Shown one piece after another: positions 46,955-58,139 of a stretch of 64,000 bases of DNA. The notes under the pieces were generated by a model that did not search any database, was not told the origin of the DNA, and was given only the letters and a program-made list of their open reading frames with translations. Every line of letters begins with the position of its first letter. Positions within the stretch are counted from its first letter, which is position 1. Both the position numbers and the translations under genes were made by a program. The stretch is from Nitriliruptorales bacterium (lineage in GTDB: Bacteria; Actinomycetota; Nitriliruptoria; Nitriliruptorales; Nitriliruptoraceae): contig JAGXFT010000018.1 of NCBI GenBank assembly GCA_024637135.1, forward strand, positions 1,208 to 65,207, written 5' to 3'.

Positions 46955-47940
46955 GGGGTTGCCTCGACCGGGTCGACCGTCGCGGGTGCCGGATCCCCAT
47001 CGGCGGTGGCCTCGGGGCGGTCCTCCGGTCGCGCCAGCACCAGGTCCGGTCGTGCATGGTCGCCCCGGCGGCGGTAGATCCCGACCAGCTCGGCGTCGGC
47101 ATCCAGGACCGCGAAGGGCCCGTCACTGTGAGGGGCCAGGTCCAGCGGCAGCGAGCCCCCGTGCGCCAGTCGACGCCATGCCTGGTCGCCCACGGTCACC
47201 CGTGGCAGGTGGGCGACGGCGTCTGCCGGCGCCAGCAGTCGCGACCGCAGTTCGGTTTCGCCCAGCGTCGTGACCTCGTCCAGTGTCAGTGCCCGGTCGA
47301 CGGTGAAGGCGCCGTTGGCCACGCGACGAAGCGCCACCAGCGAGCCCCCGACTCCCAGCCGCTGGCCCAGGTCGTGCGCGATCGTGCGCACGTAGGTGCC
47401 GGCCGAGCAGGTCACCAGGAACGACACCGTGGGGTGCTCGCCGGGTTCCCAGTCCTCCATGACCAGGTCGTGGACCATGACGGTCACGGCCTCACGCTCG
47501 ACCACCGTGCCCTCGCGCGCGAGTTCGTGGAGGCGCCGGCCGTCGACGCGCTTCGCGGACACCATCGGGGGCACCTGCTCGATCGCACCCAGGAATCCCA
47601 TCAGGGCCTCGCACACCTGCGGCTCGGTGAGGTGGCTCGCGTCGGTGGTGGCGACGACCTCGCCGTCGGCGTCCTGGCTGTCGGTCTCGATGCCAAGCAC
47701 CGCGCGTGCGGCGTAGGTCTTCTGGCCGGCCTGCAGCACCTCGACCAGGCGCGTGGCCCGTCCGACGGCGCACACCAGCACACCGGTGGCCGCCGGGTCC
47801 AGCGTCCCGGTGTGGCCGACTCGCCCCATCCCGAGGGCGCGTCGCACCACCGCCACCACGTCGTGGGAGGTCATGCCGGCGGGCTTGTCGACCACCAGCA
47901 CGCCCGCGATGTCCGGGTCGTTCCTGCGCCGCCGGCTCAT
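46951..47940 (-). CDS. truB: tRNA pseudouridine(55) synthase
   Basis: DKPAGMTSHDVV, GHTGTLDP, QVPPMVSA, CSAGTYVR. Confidence 0.96.
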   Translation of the reverse strand: MSRRRRNDPDIAGVLVVDKPAGMTSHDVVAVVRRALGMGRVGHTGTLDPAATGVLVCAVGRATRLVEVLQAGQKTYAARAVLGIETDSQDADGEVVATTDASHLTEPQVCEALMGFLGAIEQVPPMVSAKRVDGRRLHELAREGTVVEREAVTVMVHDLVMEDWEPGEHPTVSFLVTCSAGTYVRTIAHDLGQRLGVGGSLVALRRVANGAFTVDRALTLDEVTTLGETELRSRLLAPADAVAHLPRVTVGDQAWRRLAHGGSLPLDLAPHSDGPFAVLDADAELVGIYRRRGDHARPDLVLARPEDRPEATADGDPAPATVDPVEATP

Positions 47941-48476
47941 GCCGTGGTCGCCGCCGGCCCGCCGGGCTCGTCCGCCGCGTCCCAGTCGCCGTCGATGGGG
48001 TCGGGTGCGACGTCGTCGGTCGGGTCGGCCCCGGTGTCCACCTGGTCGTCGCCAGCCTCGCCGTCACCGACCGCCATGTCCTCGCCGGCGCGCTCCCGGT
48101 CCCGGACCCTGCGGATCAGGTCCTCGACACGGGCCGCCTGTTCGGTCACCGGGTCGGGCTCGAAGCGGAGTTCGGGTGTCTTGCGGCTGGTGAGTTCACG
48201 CCCCAGCAGGCCCTGGATCCGGCCATGCGCGGAGGCGAAGGCGGCCGCGACCTGGTCGTCCGAGGCCGGCCGATCCCCGCCGGTGCGGCTGGGGTCGGCG
48301 GCCAGCAGGTCGTCCGGGACGACGGAGTACCAGATGGTGGCGTAGGACTGGTCGTTGGTGACCTCGGCGTCGGTGACCGTGACCAGTCGGAGGCGCGGGT
48401 CCGAAATCTCCTGTTGCAGGATCCGCGCGACCGCCTCCTTCACGACCCGTGACAACCGAGTGTTCGTGCGGGCCAT
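47937..48476 (-). CDS. rbfA: 30S ribosome-binding factor A
   Basis: ISDPRL..VTVTDAEVTND..ATIW, RKTPELRFEPD; next to truB. Confidence 0.9.
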   Translation of the reverse strand: MARTNTRLSRVVKEAVARILQQEISDPRLRLVTVTDAEVTNDQSYATIWYSVVPDDLLAADPSRTGGDRPASDDQVAAAFASAHGRIQGLLGRELTSRKTPELRFEPDPVTEQAARVEDLIRRVRDRERAGEDMAVGDGEAGDDQVDTGADPTDDVAPDPIDGDWDAADEPGGPAATTA

Positions 48477-48680
48477 CTGGTCCTCCGTGAACGGGGGCGG
48501 GCGGGGCCAGGACGGTACCAGCCGACCCCGCCAACCCGACCGTCCGACGCACCCGTCCGACCCGGCCTCCGGCCACGACGTCGCCCCGGGTCGTCCCGTC
48601 AGGACCGGTGTCCCGTGGCCACCGTCGGGCCGGCCGTACGCTGTCGGCCGGCCCCGTCCAACCTCGATTCCAGGACCACG

Positions 48681-49064
48681 ATGCCCCTGTTCGGCAACCT
48701 CCTCCGCGGAACACCGCGCGACGACCTGGGCCTCCGGGATGGTCGCCTGCGCCCGCCTCCGTCCACGCCCAACTGCGCCCACAGCCAGGTCGAGCCCGCC
48801 AACCAGGCCCACGTCGACCCGCTGCCGGGTGACTGGGACACGGTGGTCGCGGCCGTCGCAGCGCACCCGGAGGTCACGATCGTGACGCGCACCGACGACT
48901 GGGTGCACGCCGAGGCACAGACCCCGACCATGGGCTTCGTCGACGACATCGAGTTGCAACGCACCGACGACGGTGTCGTGCACGTGCGATCGGCGTCGCG
49001 CATGGGTTCCGGCGACCTCGACAAGAACCGCAAGCGACTCGACGCGATCCGCGCGACGTTGTGA
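48681..49064 (+). CDS. DUF1499 family protein
   Basis: PSTPNC, GFVDDIE, VRSASRMGSGDLDKNRKR. Confidence 0.85.
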   Translation: MPLFGNLLRGTPRDDLGLRDGRLRPPPSTPNCAHSQVEPANQAHVDPLPGDWDTVVAAVAAHPEVTIVTRTDDWVHAEAQTPTMGFVDDIELQRTDDGVVHVRSASRMGSGDLDKNRKRLDAIRATL

Positions 49065-49089
49065 CCGGGGCCAGCGGCCGACGCCCGGC

Positions 49090-49866
49090 TCACGCGACCA
49101 GGACCGCCGACCCCGCCAGTGCCAGCGCGGTGACCAGCGGCGTGTAGACGGCGTCGTCACGTCGCCCGAACCCACTGTCGTGGTCGGCCTTGGTGAAGCC
49201 GACGCGACGACCATCACCGACGGCTCGTGCCGCGAGCACCGCGACGCCGCCCACCACGATCCAGCGCGTGACGTCGCGACCAGCGACTGCCCACCATGAC
49301 GCGTTCACCAGGACGGCCGCCACCGCGATGACCAGCACGAGCATCGCCGCGGCCACGGCGACGGTCTGCAGCGGCGTGGGCACGAAGCTCGGTTGACCAT
49401 CCGGCTCGGTCGGCACGACGTCGTCTGCCCATCGTCGACCGCCGCCGGCCCAGTACAGGTGCACCAGCGCGATCGCCACCAGCACGACCACGCCCGCCCA
49501 TCCGGCGACCGAAAGGGCGGCGGTACCGAGGAACCCCGTGCCAACGCCCGCGGCCAGGGCAGCGATCGCGAACAGCGCCCACGCGAAGTGGCCCGGGAGC
49601 AGCACCACGATCAGCACCGTCGAGACGGCGGCGACCAGTCCCACGGTGGCGACGGCATCGGCCCCCACCACGATTGCGCCCAGGCCCACCCACGCCAGGG
49701 ACGTGAGGTGCCAGGCGAATCGCATCAGGCGCGCGGCCGGGGTGGGCGCCAGCCCCGGCGCCGACCAACGACTCGCCACCAGCGGCCGGATGACGGCCTG
49801 TTCCCCCAGGACGGAGTGCGCGACGGCAAGGCTTGCGAAGCAGCCGGCGACGACCATGGCCTCCAT
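49090..49866 (-). CDS. Multi-pass membrane protein with C-terminal DUF3995-like domain
   Basis: HLYWAGGG.W, RAVGD, YTPL; hydrophobic throughout. Confidence 0.7.
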   Translation of the reverse strand: MEAMVVAGCFASLAVAHSVLGEQAVIRPLVASRWSAPGLAPTPAARLMRFAWHLTSLAWVGLGAIVVGADAVATVGLVAAVSTVLIVVLLPGHFAWALFAIAALAAGVGTGFLGTAALSVAGWAGVVVLVAIALVHLYWAGGGRRWADDVVPTEPDGQPSFVPTPLQTVAVAAAMLVLVIAVAAVLVNASWWAVAGRDVTRWIVVGGVAVLAARAVGDGRRVGFTKADHDSGFGRRDDAVYTPLVTALALAGSAVLVA

Positions 49867-49880
49867 TGCTGATCTCCTCT

Positions 49881-49924
49881 ACCATACTGCTGAGTATGGT
49901 CACGACCATACCGGACAGTATGGA
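49881..49924. promoter_or_regulatory. Two tandem palindromic TetR-type operators
   Basis: ACCATAC-N6-GTATGGT (49881-49900) and ACCATAC-N6-GTATGGA (49905-49924) between divergent genes. Confidence 0.8.
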
Positions 49925-49936
49925 AAGGCGCCAACG

Positions 49937-50488
49937 GTGGGACGTCTGAGCAGTCGGAACTGGGTCGAGGCGGCGCTGGACGCCCTGGTCGAGGACGGCG
50001 TCCCGGGACTGAGCGTGCCCTCCCTTGCCTCACGGTTGGGGGTGACCAAGGGCAGCTTCTACTGGCACTTCGCCGACCATGCGACGCTGCTGGAGGCGAC
50101 GCTGGCCGGCTGGGAGGACAACGCGACCAACGAGATCATCCGGTACGTCGATGCCGTCGAGGACGACCCCCTGGCACGGCTGCGCGCGTTGGTGGGGATC
50201 ACCGTCCGGGCCGACGACCGCCATGCCCGCGTGGAAGGTGCCATGCGAGCCTGGGGGCATGGCGACCAGGACGTCGCCGCCGTCCTGCAACGAGTCGACC
50301 GACGACGACTCGACTACGCGACCGACCTCCTCACCGACCTGGGCCTGCCGCCGGAGACGGCTCGACGTCGAGCACACGTCCTGTACCGCGTCCTGGTCGG
50401 AGAGTTCGCCTTCGTCGCACTGGGCGATGAACCGCTGTCACCGGGCGCCGTCGACGAGTTGGTCGCGATGGTGTCCGCACCTGCCTGA
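49937..50488 (+). CDS. TetR/AcrR family regulator
   Basis: WVEAAL..LSVPSLASRLGVTKGSFYWHF. Confidence 0.9.
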   Translation: MGRLSSRNWVEAALDALVEDGVPGLSVPSLASRLGVTKGSFYWHFADHATLLEATLAGWEDNATNEIIRYVDAVEDDPLARLRALVGITVRADDRHARVEGAMRAWGHGDQDVAAVLQRVDRRRLDYATDLLTDLGLPPETARRRAHVLYRVLVGEFAFVALGDEPLSPGAVDELVAMVSAPA

Positions 50489-50519
50489 ACGACCGTGCGC
50501 CATCGGCGCCGGGTGACCC

Positions 50520-50873
50520 TCAGAGGTCCGGTCGCCAACCATGGGCATCCAGCAGGCCGGCGGTCGGGTCACCATCGAGGGCAACGACCGCGAGGTCGGC
50601 CACGACGCCCGTGACGACCACGCGCGGGTCGCGTTCGATGACCGCGACGACCCGGTCCAGGACGCGATCGACCCCCGCTGCCTCACCCGCCACGACCGCG
50701 ATGGCCAACGATGCCCGCTGCCACTGCTCGGTGTCGCCGACCTGTGCCACCGAGACGTCGAGGTCGCGTCGCAGTGCGGCCCTGGCCTTGTTGAGGATCG
50801 CCCGACGGCCCTTGAGCGAACCGGACTCGGGCAGGTGGAGGTCCACCCTCATCGCGCCGACGTGCACATCCAT
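50520..50873 (-). CDS. DUF503 (YlxP) family protein
   Basis: LHLPESGSLKGRR, VSVAQV..WQRA; normal position between infB and rbfA. Confidence 0.85.
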   Translation of the reverse strand: MDVHVGAMRVDLHLPESGSLKGRRAILNKARAALRRDLDVSVAQVGDTEQWQRASLAIAVVAGEAAGVDRVLDRVVAVIERDPRVVVTGVVADLAVVALDGDPTAGLLDAHGWRPDL

Positions 50874-51088
50874 GGAGGAAGCGGTCGTCGAGGATCACCG
50901 CCACCTCCAGTGTGCCGCACGCCGCACGTCCGGACCCGCCCCGACCCCTCGCCGGTGCACCCGAACCGGGACCGGCGCGACCGGCACCTGCTCGACCACG
51001 GACCGTGCGCCATGTGCACATCGTGGCTGCAGAGATGCGGTGACGTCGGCGCAGCGGTCGACGGCACGTGCTCGATAGCGTGCCGGCC

Positions 51089-52198
51089 ATGATCCCTGGA
51101 CCTGACGCCCATGCCCGTCCCACCTCCGACCCCGCCCCCGACGCCGCCCCCGACTCGTCGTTCACCGACGACGTGGGACGGCGCTGGACGGCTGTCCCAG
51201 GATGGTGCAACACGGCCACGGTCGGCATCCCGCCGCGGGCCGCGGCGACGAGCCTGCGCCAGTGTGTGGACGACTGGGAGGCCGGACGGCTCGACACCGT
51301 GGGTTTCGACGACGACGTCCGGCGCGCCCGGGCGGCGTTCGCGGCGCTGGTGGGGACCACGACGGACCGGGTCGCGATGCCGGGTGCCCTGTCCATCACG
51401 GCAGGATTGGTCGCGTCCAGCCTCCCCGACGGCTCCAGCGTGCTGTGTGCCCAGGAGGACTTCACGTCGGTGCTGTTCCCGTTCCTGGTCGACCAGCGGT
51501 TGACGGTCCGGACGGTCCCGCTCGACACGCTGCTCGACCAGGTCGACCACTCGGTCGACCTGGTCGCCGTGAGTGCCGTGCAGTCCGCCGACGGCCGGGT
51601 GCTGGACCTGGACGCGCTGGCCGCGACCGCCGACGAACACGGGGCACGGACCTTCGTCGACGTCAGCCAGGCCGCGGGTTGGCTCCCCATCGGCGCCGAC
51701 CGCTTCGACGTCGTCGGGGCGGGCGCCTACAAGTGGCTCTGCTCGCCCCGCGGGGTGGGCTTCCTGGCCGTGCGGGACGACGTCGACTGGCTGGTCCCGC
51801 GACTGGCCGGCTGGTACGCGGGCGACGACCCGTGGGACTCGATCTACGGTGAGCCGTTGCGGCTGGCCCCTGACGCCCGCCGCTTCACCGTGTCCCCCGC
51901 GTGGCTGGACATGCCGGCGACGGCCACGGCCCTGGAGGCACTGGACGACGTCGGCATCGACCGGATCCGGGCTCACGACGTGGCCCTGGCCAACCGCTTC
52001 CTCGGCCGGCTCGGCCTCGACCCCTCCGACAGCGCCATCGCCAGCGTCGCGACGCGGACCGACCCGGCGGCCGACCTGGCCGCGGCGAACATCGCCACCG
52101 CCGGCCGCGGCGGTCGCACGCGCGTCTCGTTCCACCTCTACAGCACCCTGGACGATGCTGACCTCGCGGCTGCCCTCCTCGAACCCCACATCCCCTGA
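51089..52198 (+). CDS. Class V PLP-dependent aminotransferase/desulfurase-like
   Basis: VQSADG, DVSQAAGW, AYKWLCSPRG, RVSFHLY; TAGCGT -10 seven nt before ATG. Confidence 0.85.
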   Translation: MIPGPDAHARPTSDPAPDAAPDSSFTDDVGRRWTAVPGWCNTATVGIPPRAAATSLRQCVDDWEAGRLDTVGFDDDVRRARAAFAALVGTTTDRVAMPGALSITAGLVASSLPDGSSVLCAQEDFTSVLFPFLVDQRLTVRTVPLDTLLDQVDHSVDLVAVSAVQSADGRVLDLDALAATADEHGARTFVDVSQAAGWLPIGADRFDVVGAGAYKWLCSPRGVGFLAVRDDVDWLVPRLAGWYAGDDPWDSIYGEPLRLAPDARRFTVSPAWLDMPATATALEALDDVGIDRIRAHDVALANRFLGRLGLDPSDSAIASVATRTDPAADLAAANIATAGRGGRTRVSFHLYSTLDDADLAAALLEPHIP

Positions 52199-52206
52199 CC
52201 ACCGCC

Positions 52207-52291
52207 GCTGACCCGACAACGAGCGGAGCGAGTTGTCGAACCTGCCCGAGCGCAGCGAGTGGCCAGGCGCTGACCCGACAACTCGCTCCGC
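52207..52291 (+). repeat. Dispersed GA-hairpin repeat, copy D (two hairpins plus inverted partial copy)
   Basis: CGACAAC-GA-GC-GGA-GC-GA-GTTGTCG and CCC-GA-GC-GCA-GC-GA-GTGG; GCTGACCCGACAAC duplicated. Confidence 0.75.
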
Positions 52292-52376
52292 CTGAACGCA
52301 TCCACCGGTCGGACCCGGGGCCCGACCCCGGGCCCTTAGGATCCGGCGCGGTGACCACGAGGACGGAGGTGGCGTC

Positions 52377-53510
52377 ATGGCGGCAGGCATCCGCGCGGAC
52401 GGCCCGCAGGGCGCGACCTTCATCGAGCTCTTCTTCGACCTGGTGTTCGTGTTCGCCGTCACCCAGGCCACCCACACCCTGGCCGAGCACCTGGACGTCC
52501 GTGGCGTCGTCACGACCGTGGTGGTCTTCTGGCTGGTCTGGTGGGCGTGGACCCAGTTCACCTGGACGCTGAACGGGGCCGACACGGAGCACCCGGGCGT
52601 CGAACTGCTGACGATGGTCGGCGTCGTCGCGGCCTTCCTGATGGCGCTGGCGCTGCCCGACGCACTGGGGTCCGGTGGGGGCTGGTTCGCGGGCGCCTAC
52701 ACCCTGGTCCGCCTGGTCGGCATCGCGGGACAGTTCTGGGTGTCCACCGGCGACGCGGAGTGGCGCAGGGCCCTCCGCACGTGGGCCAGCCTGTCACTGG
52801 GCGGCATCGCCCTGGTCGTGGTCGGGGCGTTGTTGGAGCCGGATGCGCGGCTGGTCGCCTTCGGGCTGGCGGTCGCGGTCGACCTGGTGTCGGCCTGGCG
52901 CGCGGGCTCGGGCGAGTGGCGCCTGTTCCCGGGCCACTTCGCCGAACGCCACGGCCTGTTCGTCATCATCGCGCTGGGCGAATCATTGATCATTGCCGGG
53001 GGCGTGTCCACCGAGGGCGGGCTCCAGCCGGCCACCATCCTCGCACCGGTGCTGGTCACTGTGGCCCTGTGGTGGACCTACTTCGGCTGGGCGAAGGACG
53101 CGATGGAGGCGGCCTGTGCCGACACGCCGTCGCCTCGGCGGGGTGCCTTCTGCCGCGACGTCTACTCACTCCTGCACTACCTCGTGATCGCCGGCGTGAT
53201 CGGCGTGGCGGTGGCGATCGAGCAGGCCGTCACCCACCCGGACGAACCGCTCACGACCGCCGGCGTCGCGGCGCTGGTGACCGGGATCGTGCTGTTCGTG
53301 GGGGGAACCGGCGCGGCCCTGGCACGGGCGGGCATCCGGGTACCCCGCGTGCGCCTGGTCGCCCTGGCCGTGCTGGTGGTCGGTACGGCCATCTTCGAGG
53401 TCGAGGCACTGGCACCCGCGACCGTGCTGGGCCTCGTCGCCGTGCTGGTCGCCGTGGTCGCCGTCGCCGAGCAGCGAGGCCACCCCGTGCCGGCCACCAC
53501 CGACGCCTGA
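52377..53510 (+). CDS. Low temperature requirement protein A (LtrA) family membrane protein
   Basis: ELFFDLVFVFAVTQ, WWAW, HFAERHGLFVIIALGES, LWWTYF. Confidence 0.92.
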   Translation: MAAGIRADGPQGATFIELFFDLVFVFAVTQATHTLAEHLDVRGVVTTVVVFWLVWWAWTQFTWTLNGADTEHPGVELLTMVGVVAAFLMALALPDALGSGGGWFAGAYTLVRLVGIAGQFWVSTGDAEWRRALRTWASLSLGGIALVVVGALLEPDARLVAFGLAVAVDLVSAWRAGSGEWRLFPGHFAERHGLFVIIALGESLIIAGGVSTEGGLQPATILAPVLVTVALWWTYFGWAKDAMEAACADTPSPRRGAFCRDVYSLLHYLVIAGVIGVAVAIEQAVTHPDEPLTTAGVAALVTGIVLFVGGTGAALARAGIRVPRVRLVALAVLVVGTAIFEVEALAPATVLGLVAVLVAVVAVAEQRGHPVPATTDA

Positions 53511-53612
53511 GCGTCAGTGCGCCAGCGGACGGCGGCGCCCGATCGGTCCCGCGCCCGGCACGCCGAACGGCCGACCCCCGCAGGGACCGGCCGTCGTGGT
53601 GTCGGGAGGCGG

Positions 53613-56396
53613 TCAGACGCGTTCGACCTCGACGGTCTCGAAGGCCTCGATGACGTCGCCTTCCTTGACGTCCTGGAACTTGGCCAGGCCGATGCCGCAC
53701 TCGAAGCCCTCGCGGACCTCGTTGACGTCGTCCTTGAAGCGGCGCAGGGAGGTCATGGTGTCCTCGGCGACGACGACGCCGTCGCGGATGACCCGCACGC
53801 CCGCCTCTCGACGGACGACGCCACGACTGACCATGCAACCGAACACGAAGCCGGCCCGCGGGACCTTGAAGATCTCGCGCACCTCCGCCTCGCCCATGAT
53901 CTGCTCCTGGAACTCGGGTCCCAGCAGCCCCTTCACGGCGCGCTCGATGTCCTCGAGTGCCTCGTAGATGATCTTGTAGAGGCGGACGTCGACGCCGGAT
54001 CGGTCCACGGCCTCGCGGGCCTTGGCGCCGGGCCGGACGTTGAAGCCGATGATGATGCCGTCGGAGACCTCCGCGAGTTGCACGTCGGACTCGGTGATGG
54101 CACCGACACCCTTGGACACGACCCGGACCTTGACCTCGTCCAGGTCCATCTTGACCAGCGCGTCCTCCAGCGCCTCGGCAGAACCGGAGACGTCGGCCTT
54201 GATGAGGACGTTGAGGACCTCCTTCTGGCCCTCCTTGACCTCCTCGGTCAACTCCTCCAGGGTCTTCGGGCGGGCCATGCCGGCCAGTTCGGCCCGACGT
54301 TCGCGGGCACCACGTCGTTCGGCGACCCCGCGGGCGAAGCGTTCCTCGTCGACGACACGGAACTCGTCGCCGGCCTCCGGGACCTCGTTGAGGCCCAGGA
54401 CCTGGACAGGCTTGGCGGGACCGGCCTCCTCGACCTGGTCGCCACGCTCGTCGAACATGGCGCGCACCTTGCCGTCGGCGGTGCCGGCCACGAGGATGTC
54501 CCCGCGGCGCAGCGTCCCGGCCTGGATCAGCATCGTGGCGACGACACCTCGACCGCGGTCGAGGTGGGCCTCGACGACACGTCCGCGCGCATCCTTGTCC
54601 GAGTTGGCCTGCAGTTCGAGCAGGTCGGCCTGCAACAGCACGACCTCCAGCAGGTCCTCGATGCCCTCACCCTGCAGGGCGGAGACGGGCACGGCCGGCA
54701 CCTCGCCGCCGTACTCCTCCACGACCACCTCGTGCTCGGCGAGCTGGCCCTTGACCTTGTCCGGGTTCGCACCCTCGAGGTCCATCTTGTTGACCGCGAC
54801 CACGATCGGGACGTCGGCCGCCTTGGCGTGCTGGATGGCCTCGATGGTCTGGGGCATGACGCCGTCGTCGGCGGCCACGACCAGGATCACGATGTCGGTG
54901 ACGTCGGCACCACGGGCGCGCATGGCGGTGAACGCCGAGTGGCCCGGGGTGTCGATGAAGGTCAGGGCGCGACCGTCGTGGTCGATCTGGTAGGCACCGA
55001 TGTGCTGGGTGATGCCACCTGCCTCGCCCGACACGACGTCGGCGTTGCGGATGACGTCCAGCAACTTGGTCTTGCCGTGGTCGACGTGGCCCATGACGGT
55101 GATGACCGGCGCACGTGGCGACAGGGCCTCGTCGTCCTCGGGCTCCTCGACGCCGAACTCGGCCTCCTCCTGGGACAGGAAATAGACGTCGAAGCCGAGC
55201 TCCGCACCCAGGATCTCCAGGGTGTCGTCGGGAAGGGTCTGCTGGACGGTGAACATCTCGCCCATGTCGAACAGCTTCTTCACCAGTGCCGCACCGGGGA
55301 TGCCGAGCTTGTCGGCGAGTTCTCCAAGTGGGACACCGGGCAGGACCTCGACCCGGTCGGTCGTGATCTGCTGCTCGATCGGCAGGTCCGAACGCCGCGG
55401 CCCACGCTGCATCTCCTGCTCGGCGGGGCGCTGCTTGTTCTTGCGCTTGCTGCCGCCGCCACGCTTGGGCCCTCCCGGACCACCGGCGTTTCCGGCACCA
55501 CCGGGGCCACCGGAGCTGCCGGGGCCGCCGCGGTTGACCGGCTGGCGGTAGGGCGAGGACGGACGTCCACCGCCACCGCGACCGGGGCCGCCGGTGCGGG
55601 GCGGCTGGGTCGGCTGGGTCGGACGAGCGGGGGCCTTCTTCAGGGGCGCCGGGATCGAGCGCTTGCCCACACCGCGCTGCGGCATGTTGACCTCGACGCG
55701 ACGGCGGGCCTCCACACCCTCACCCGTCGCGAGACGCGCATCGCCACCATCGGTGCCGCTGTCCTTGCTGCCCGGACGGACCGGGCGCAACGGCACCTCG
55801 CCCTTGACCAGGCGGGGCGGCGGCTTGCCGGGCATGCGACGGGCACCGCTGGCCGGGGTGGACTCGCCATCCTCGTCGGCCGCGGCCTCGGTCGGCTCGT
55901 CGGTCGAGGTCCCGGCGGCCGCCGTGGCCTCCGCATCGGGTGCGGGCGCCTCGGCCTCCGCCGCCGGCGCGTCGGTCGATGCCGGAGTGGCGTCGTCGTC
56001 CCCGTCGGTGGTGGCTGGCGAGTCGGACGTGTCGGCGACGACCTCGGCGGCTGCAGCAGTGGCAGCCTTCCGGGCCTCGGCCTCCTCCTGCTGCTTGCGC
56101 AGGTGGGGTGGGAGGACCTTGGCGGCCTTCTTCTTCGCCGGGGCGTCAGCCTTGGCGGCCAACTGCCGGTAGCGCTCCAGCTCATCGGCCTCGCGGCGGC
56201 GCTTGACCTCCGCAGCCGCCTTCTTCTCGGCAGCCGACACCCCCATCGACTCCTTGAGCCGCTGGGCGTCACCCATCGTCACCGACGACGAGTGACTCGT
56301 CACGTCGATGCCGATGTCCTTGAGTTGGCGGACCACTTCGGCGTTGGGGATGCCGATGTCCTTGGCGAGTTCGTAGACGCGGACCTTGTTGCTCAC
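53613..56396 (-). CDS. infB: Translation initiation factor IF-2
   Basis: [47 protein letters not shown]. Confidence 0.98.
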   Translation of the reverse strand: MSNKVRVYELAKDIGIPNAEVVRQLKDIGIDVTSHSSSVTMGDAQRLKESMGVSAAEKKAAAEVKRRREADELERYRQLAAKADAPAKKKAAKVLPPHLRKQQEEAEARKAATAAAAEVVADTSDSPATTDGDDDATPASTDAPAAEAEAPAPDAEATAAAGTSTDEPTEAAADEDGESTPASGARRMPGKPPPRLVKGEVPLRPVRPGSKDSGTDGGDARLATGEGVEARRRVEVNMPQRGVGKRSIPAPLKKAPARPTQPTQPPRTGGPGRGGGGRPSSPYRQPVNRGGPGSSGGPGGAGNAGGPGGPKRGGGSKRKNKQRPAEQEMQRGPRRSDLPIEQQITTDRVEVLPGVPLGELADKLGIPGAALVKKLFDMGEMFTVQQTLPDDTLEILGAELGFDVYFLSQEEAEFGVEEPEDDEALSPRAPVITVMGHVDHGKTKLLDVIRNADVVSGEAGGITQHIGAYQIDHDGRALTFIDTPGHSAFTAMRARGADVTDIVILVVAADDGVMPQTIEAIQHAKAADVPIVVAVNKMDLEGANPDKVKGQLAEHEVVVEEYGGEVPAVPVSALQGEGIEDLLEVVLLQADLLELQANSDKDARGRVVEAHLDRGRGVVATMLIQAGTLRRGDILVAGTADGKVRAMFDERGDQVEEAGPAKPVQVLGLNEVPEAGDEFRVVDEERFARGVAERRGARERRAELAGMARPKTLEELTEEVKEGQKEVLNVLIKADVSGSAEALEDALVKMDLDEVKVRVVSKGVGAITESDVQLAEVSDGIIIGFNVRPGAKAREAVDRSGVDVRLYKIIYEALEDIERAVKGLLGPEFQEQIMGEAEVREIFKVPRAGFVFGCMVSRGVVRREAGVRVIRDGVVVAEDTMTSLRRFKDDVNEVREGFECGIGLAKFQDVKEGDVIEAFETVEVERV

Positions 56397-56776
56397 GCGT
56401 TGTGCTCCTTGGAGTGCTGGGCGCTCTCGAGATGGGTTCTGATGTCCGTCAGCGCGCGCAGCACCTGGTCGACGGTGCCGCCGCGAAGGCTGGCTCGCAG
56501 CCGTGCGGCGTCGCGGGCGGTGGCCCGATCCACGCAGTCGAGGTCGGGGCAGAGCGAGCTGCCACGTCCCGGTGCGTCCTGGTCCCAGTCGACGGCGATG
56601 TCGCCACCGACGCGGGCCAACCGGATCAGGTCCTGCTTGTCGCGAGTCCGACGACAGGCCACACAGGTTCGCTGCGGGCGACGCGGGGTCCCGACGGACG
56701 GCGATCCGCCCACGCGGGGAGGCTCGACGGACGAATGGGGATCCTGCGGCACCGGCGTGCCTGCTGCCGGACTCAT
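56393..56776 (-). CDS. ylxR: YlxR/DUF448 family RNA-binding protein
   Basis: PQRTCVACRR, LIRL, PGRG..LCP..DC; between nusA and infB; start uncertain. Confidence 0.85.
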   Translation of the reverse strand: MSPAAGTPVPQDPHSSVEPPRVGGSPSVGTPRRPQRTCVACRRTRDKQDLIRLARVGGDIAVDWDQDAPGRGSSLCPDLDCVDRATARDAARLRASLRGGTVDQVLRALTDIRTHLESAQHSKEHNA

Positions 56777-56918
56777 GTGATGGTACTCCCGTGGTGGGTG
56801 GGTGTGGACGGGTGTTCGGCCAACGGACGGACCGGCTGGCGGACAGCCGTGTGGCGCGCGACGCCCGTCCACTCGCGGAGCGATCGGGGTGCATGCCGGA
56901 GGGACGAGGGCTTCGGCG

Positions 56919-58067
56919 TCAGCCCTCGCTGTCGTCGTCGGAGTCCTCGAGGGCGGCCTTGCGGGCCTCTTCGGCGGCCTCGTAGGCCGCCGTGATGGCT
57001 TCCTCGCCCTTCTCGCCCAGCGGGTTGCCGAACTCGTCGATGAGGCCCTTGTCGAAGGCCTCCTGGAACGCAGCCTGCTCGGCCTCGAACTGGCTCTCGG
57101 ACTTGATGTCGATCCGCCAGCCGGTCAGCCGGGCAGCCAAGCGGGCGTTCTGGCCCTCGCGGCCGATCGCCAGCGACAACTGGTAGTCGGGCACCACGAC
57201 CATGGCCGTGGAGTCCTCGGGGTAGAGGTAGACCGCCGAGACCTTGGCGGGCGACAGGGCGTTGGCGACGAAGCCCTCGGGCTCGTCGGACCAGCGCACG
57301 ATGTCGATCCGCTCGGACTCCTGGTTGTGGAGTTCGCGCTGGACGCCCTTGGCGCGTTCACCACCCGGTCCGACGCAGGCGCCGACCGGGTCGACGTCGT
57401 CGTTGTTGGACATGACGGCGACCTTGGACCGGTAGCCGGCCTCACGTGCGATCGCCTTGATCTCGACCGTGCCGTCCTCGATCTCGGGCACCTCGAGGGC
57501 GAACATGGCGGCGACGAAACCGGGATGGCTGCGCGAACAGATGATCTGGGCTCGACGCGACTCGCGCCGGACCTCGGTCACGATCGCGCGGGTGTGCTGG
57601 CCGTGGTTGAGTCGCTCGTTTGGGACCTGCTCGGCGTAGGGCAGCAGGGCTTCGGTCCGACCGAGCTCGATCAGGGTCACGTTGCCCTGCAACGACACCT
57701 GGCCGGAGACGATGTCGCCCTCGCGGCCGACGTACTCGCCGTAGGTGGCCTCACGCTCGGCCTCGCGCAGACGCTGGAGCAAGACCTGCCGCGCGGTCTG
57801 GGCCACGATCCGCCCGAGGTCGCGGGGCGTTTCCTGCCACTCGCTGAGCACGTTGCCGTCGTCGTCCAGTTCCTGGGCGTACACGGTGATGCCGCCGGTG
57901 CTGCGATCCACGTGGACCCGGACCTCGTCGGCGTCGAACTGGCCGCTGCGCTTGTAGGCGGACGCGAACGCCGTCTCGAAGGCCTCGACGACCGTGTGGA
58001 ACTCGATGTCCTTCTCGCGGGCGATGAGCCGCAGGGTCTCGATGTCGATGGGCTTGTCGGGGTCCAT
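56919..58067 (-). CDS. nusA: Transcription termination/antitermination factor NusA
   Basis: [53 protein letters not shown]. Confidence 0.97.
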   Translation of the reverse strand: MDPDKPIDIETLRLIAREKDIEFHTVVEAFETAFASAYKRSGQFDADEVRVHVDRSTGGITVYAQELDDDGNVLSEWQETPRDLGRIVAQTARQVLLQRLREAEREATYGEYVGREGDIVSGQVSLQGNVTLIELGRTEALLPYAEQVPNERLNHGQHTRAIVTEVRRESRRAQIICSRSHPGFVAAMFALEVPEIEDGTVEIKAIAREAGYRSKVAVMSNNDDVDPVGACVGPGGERAKGVQRELHNQESERIDIVRWSDEPEGFVANALSPAKVSAVYLYPEDSTAMVVVPDYQLSLAIGREGQNARLAARLTGWRIDIKSESQFEAEQAAFQEAFDKGLIDEFGNPLGEKGEEAITAAYEAAEEARKAALEDSDDDSEG

Positions 58068-58139
58068 GTCCTACTCCTTTGCAACGGGTTCCGTGGAGGC
58101 GGGGGCGATCGCAACCACGGGTGGGGGTCGGCCGGTGGG

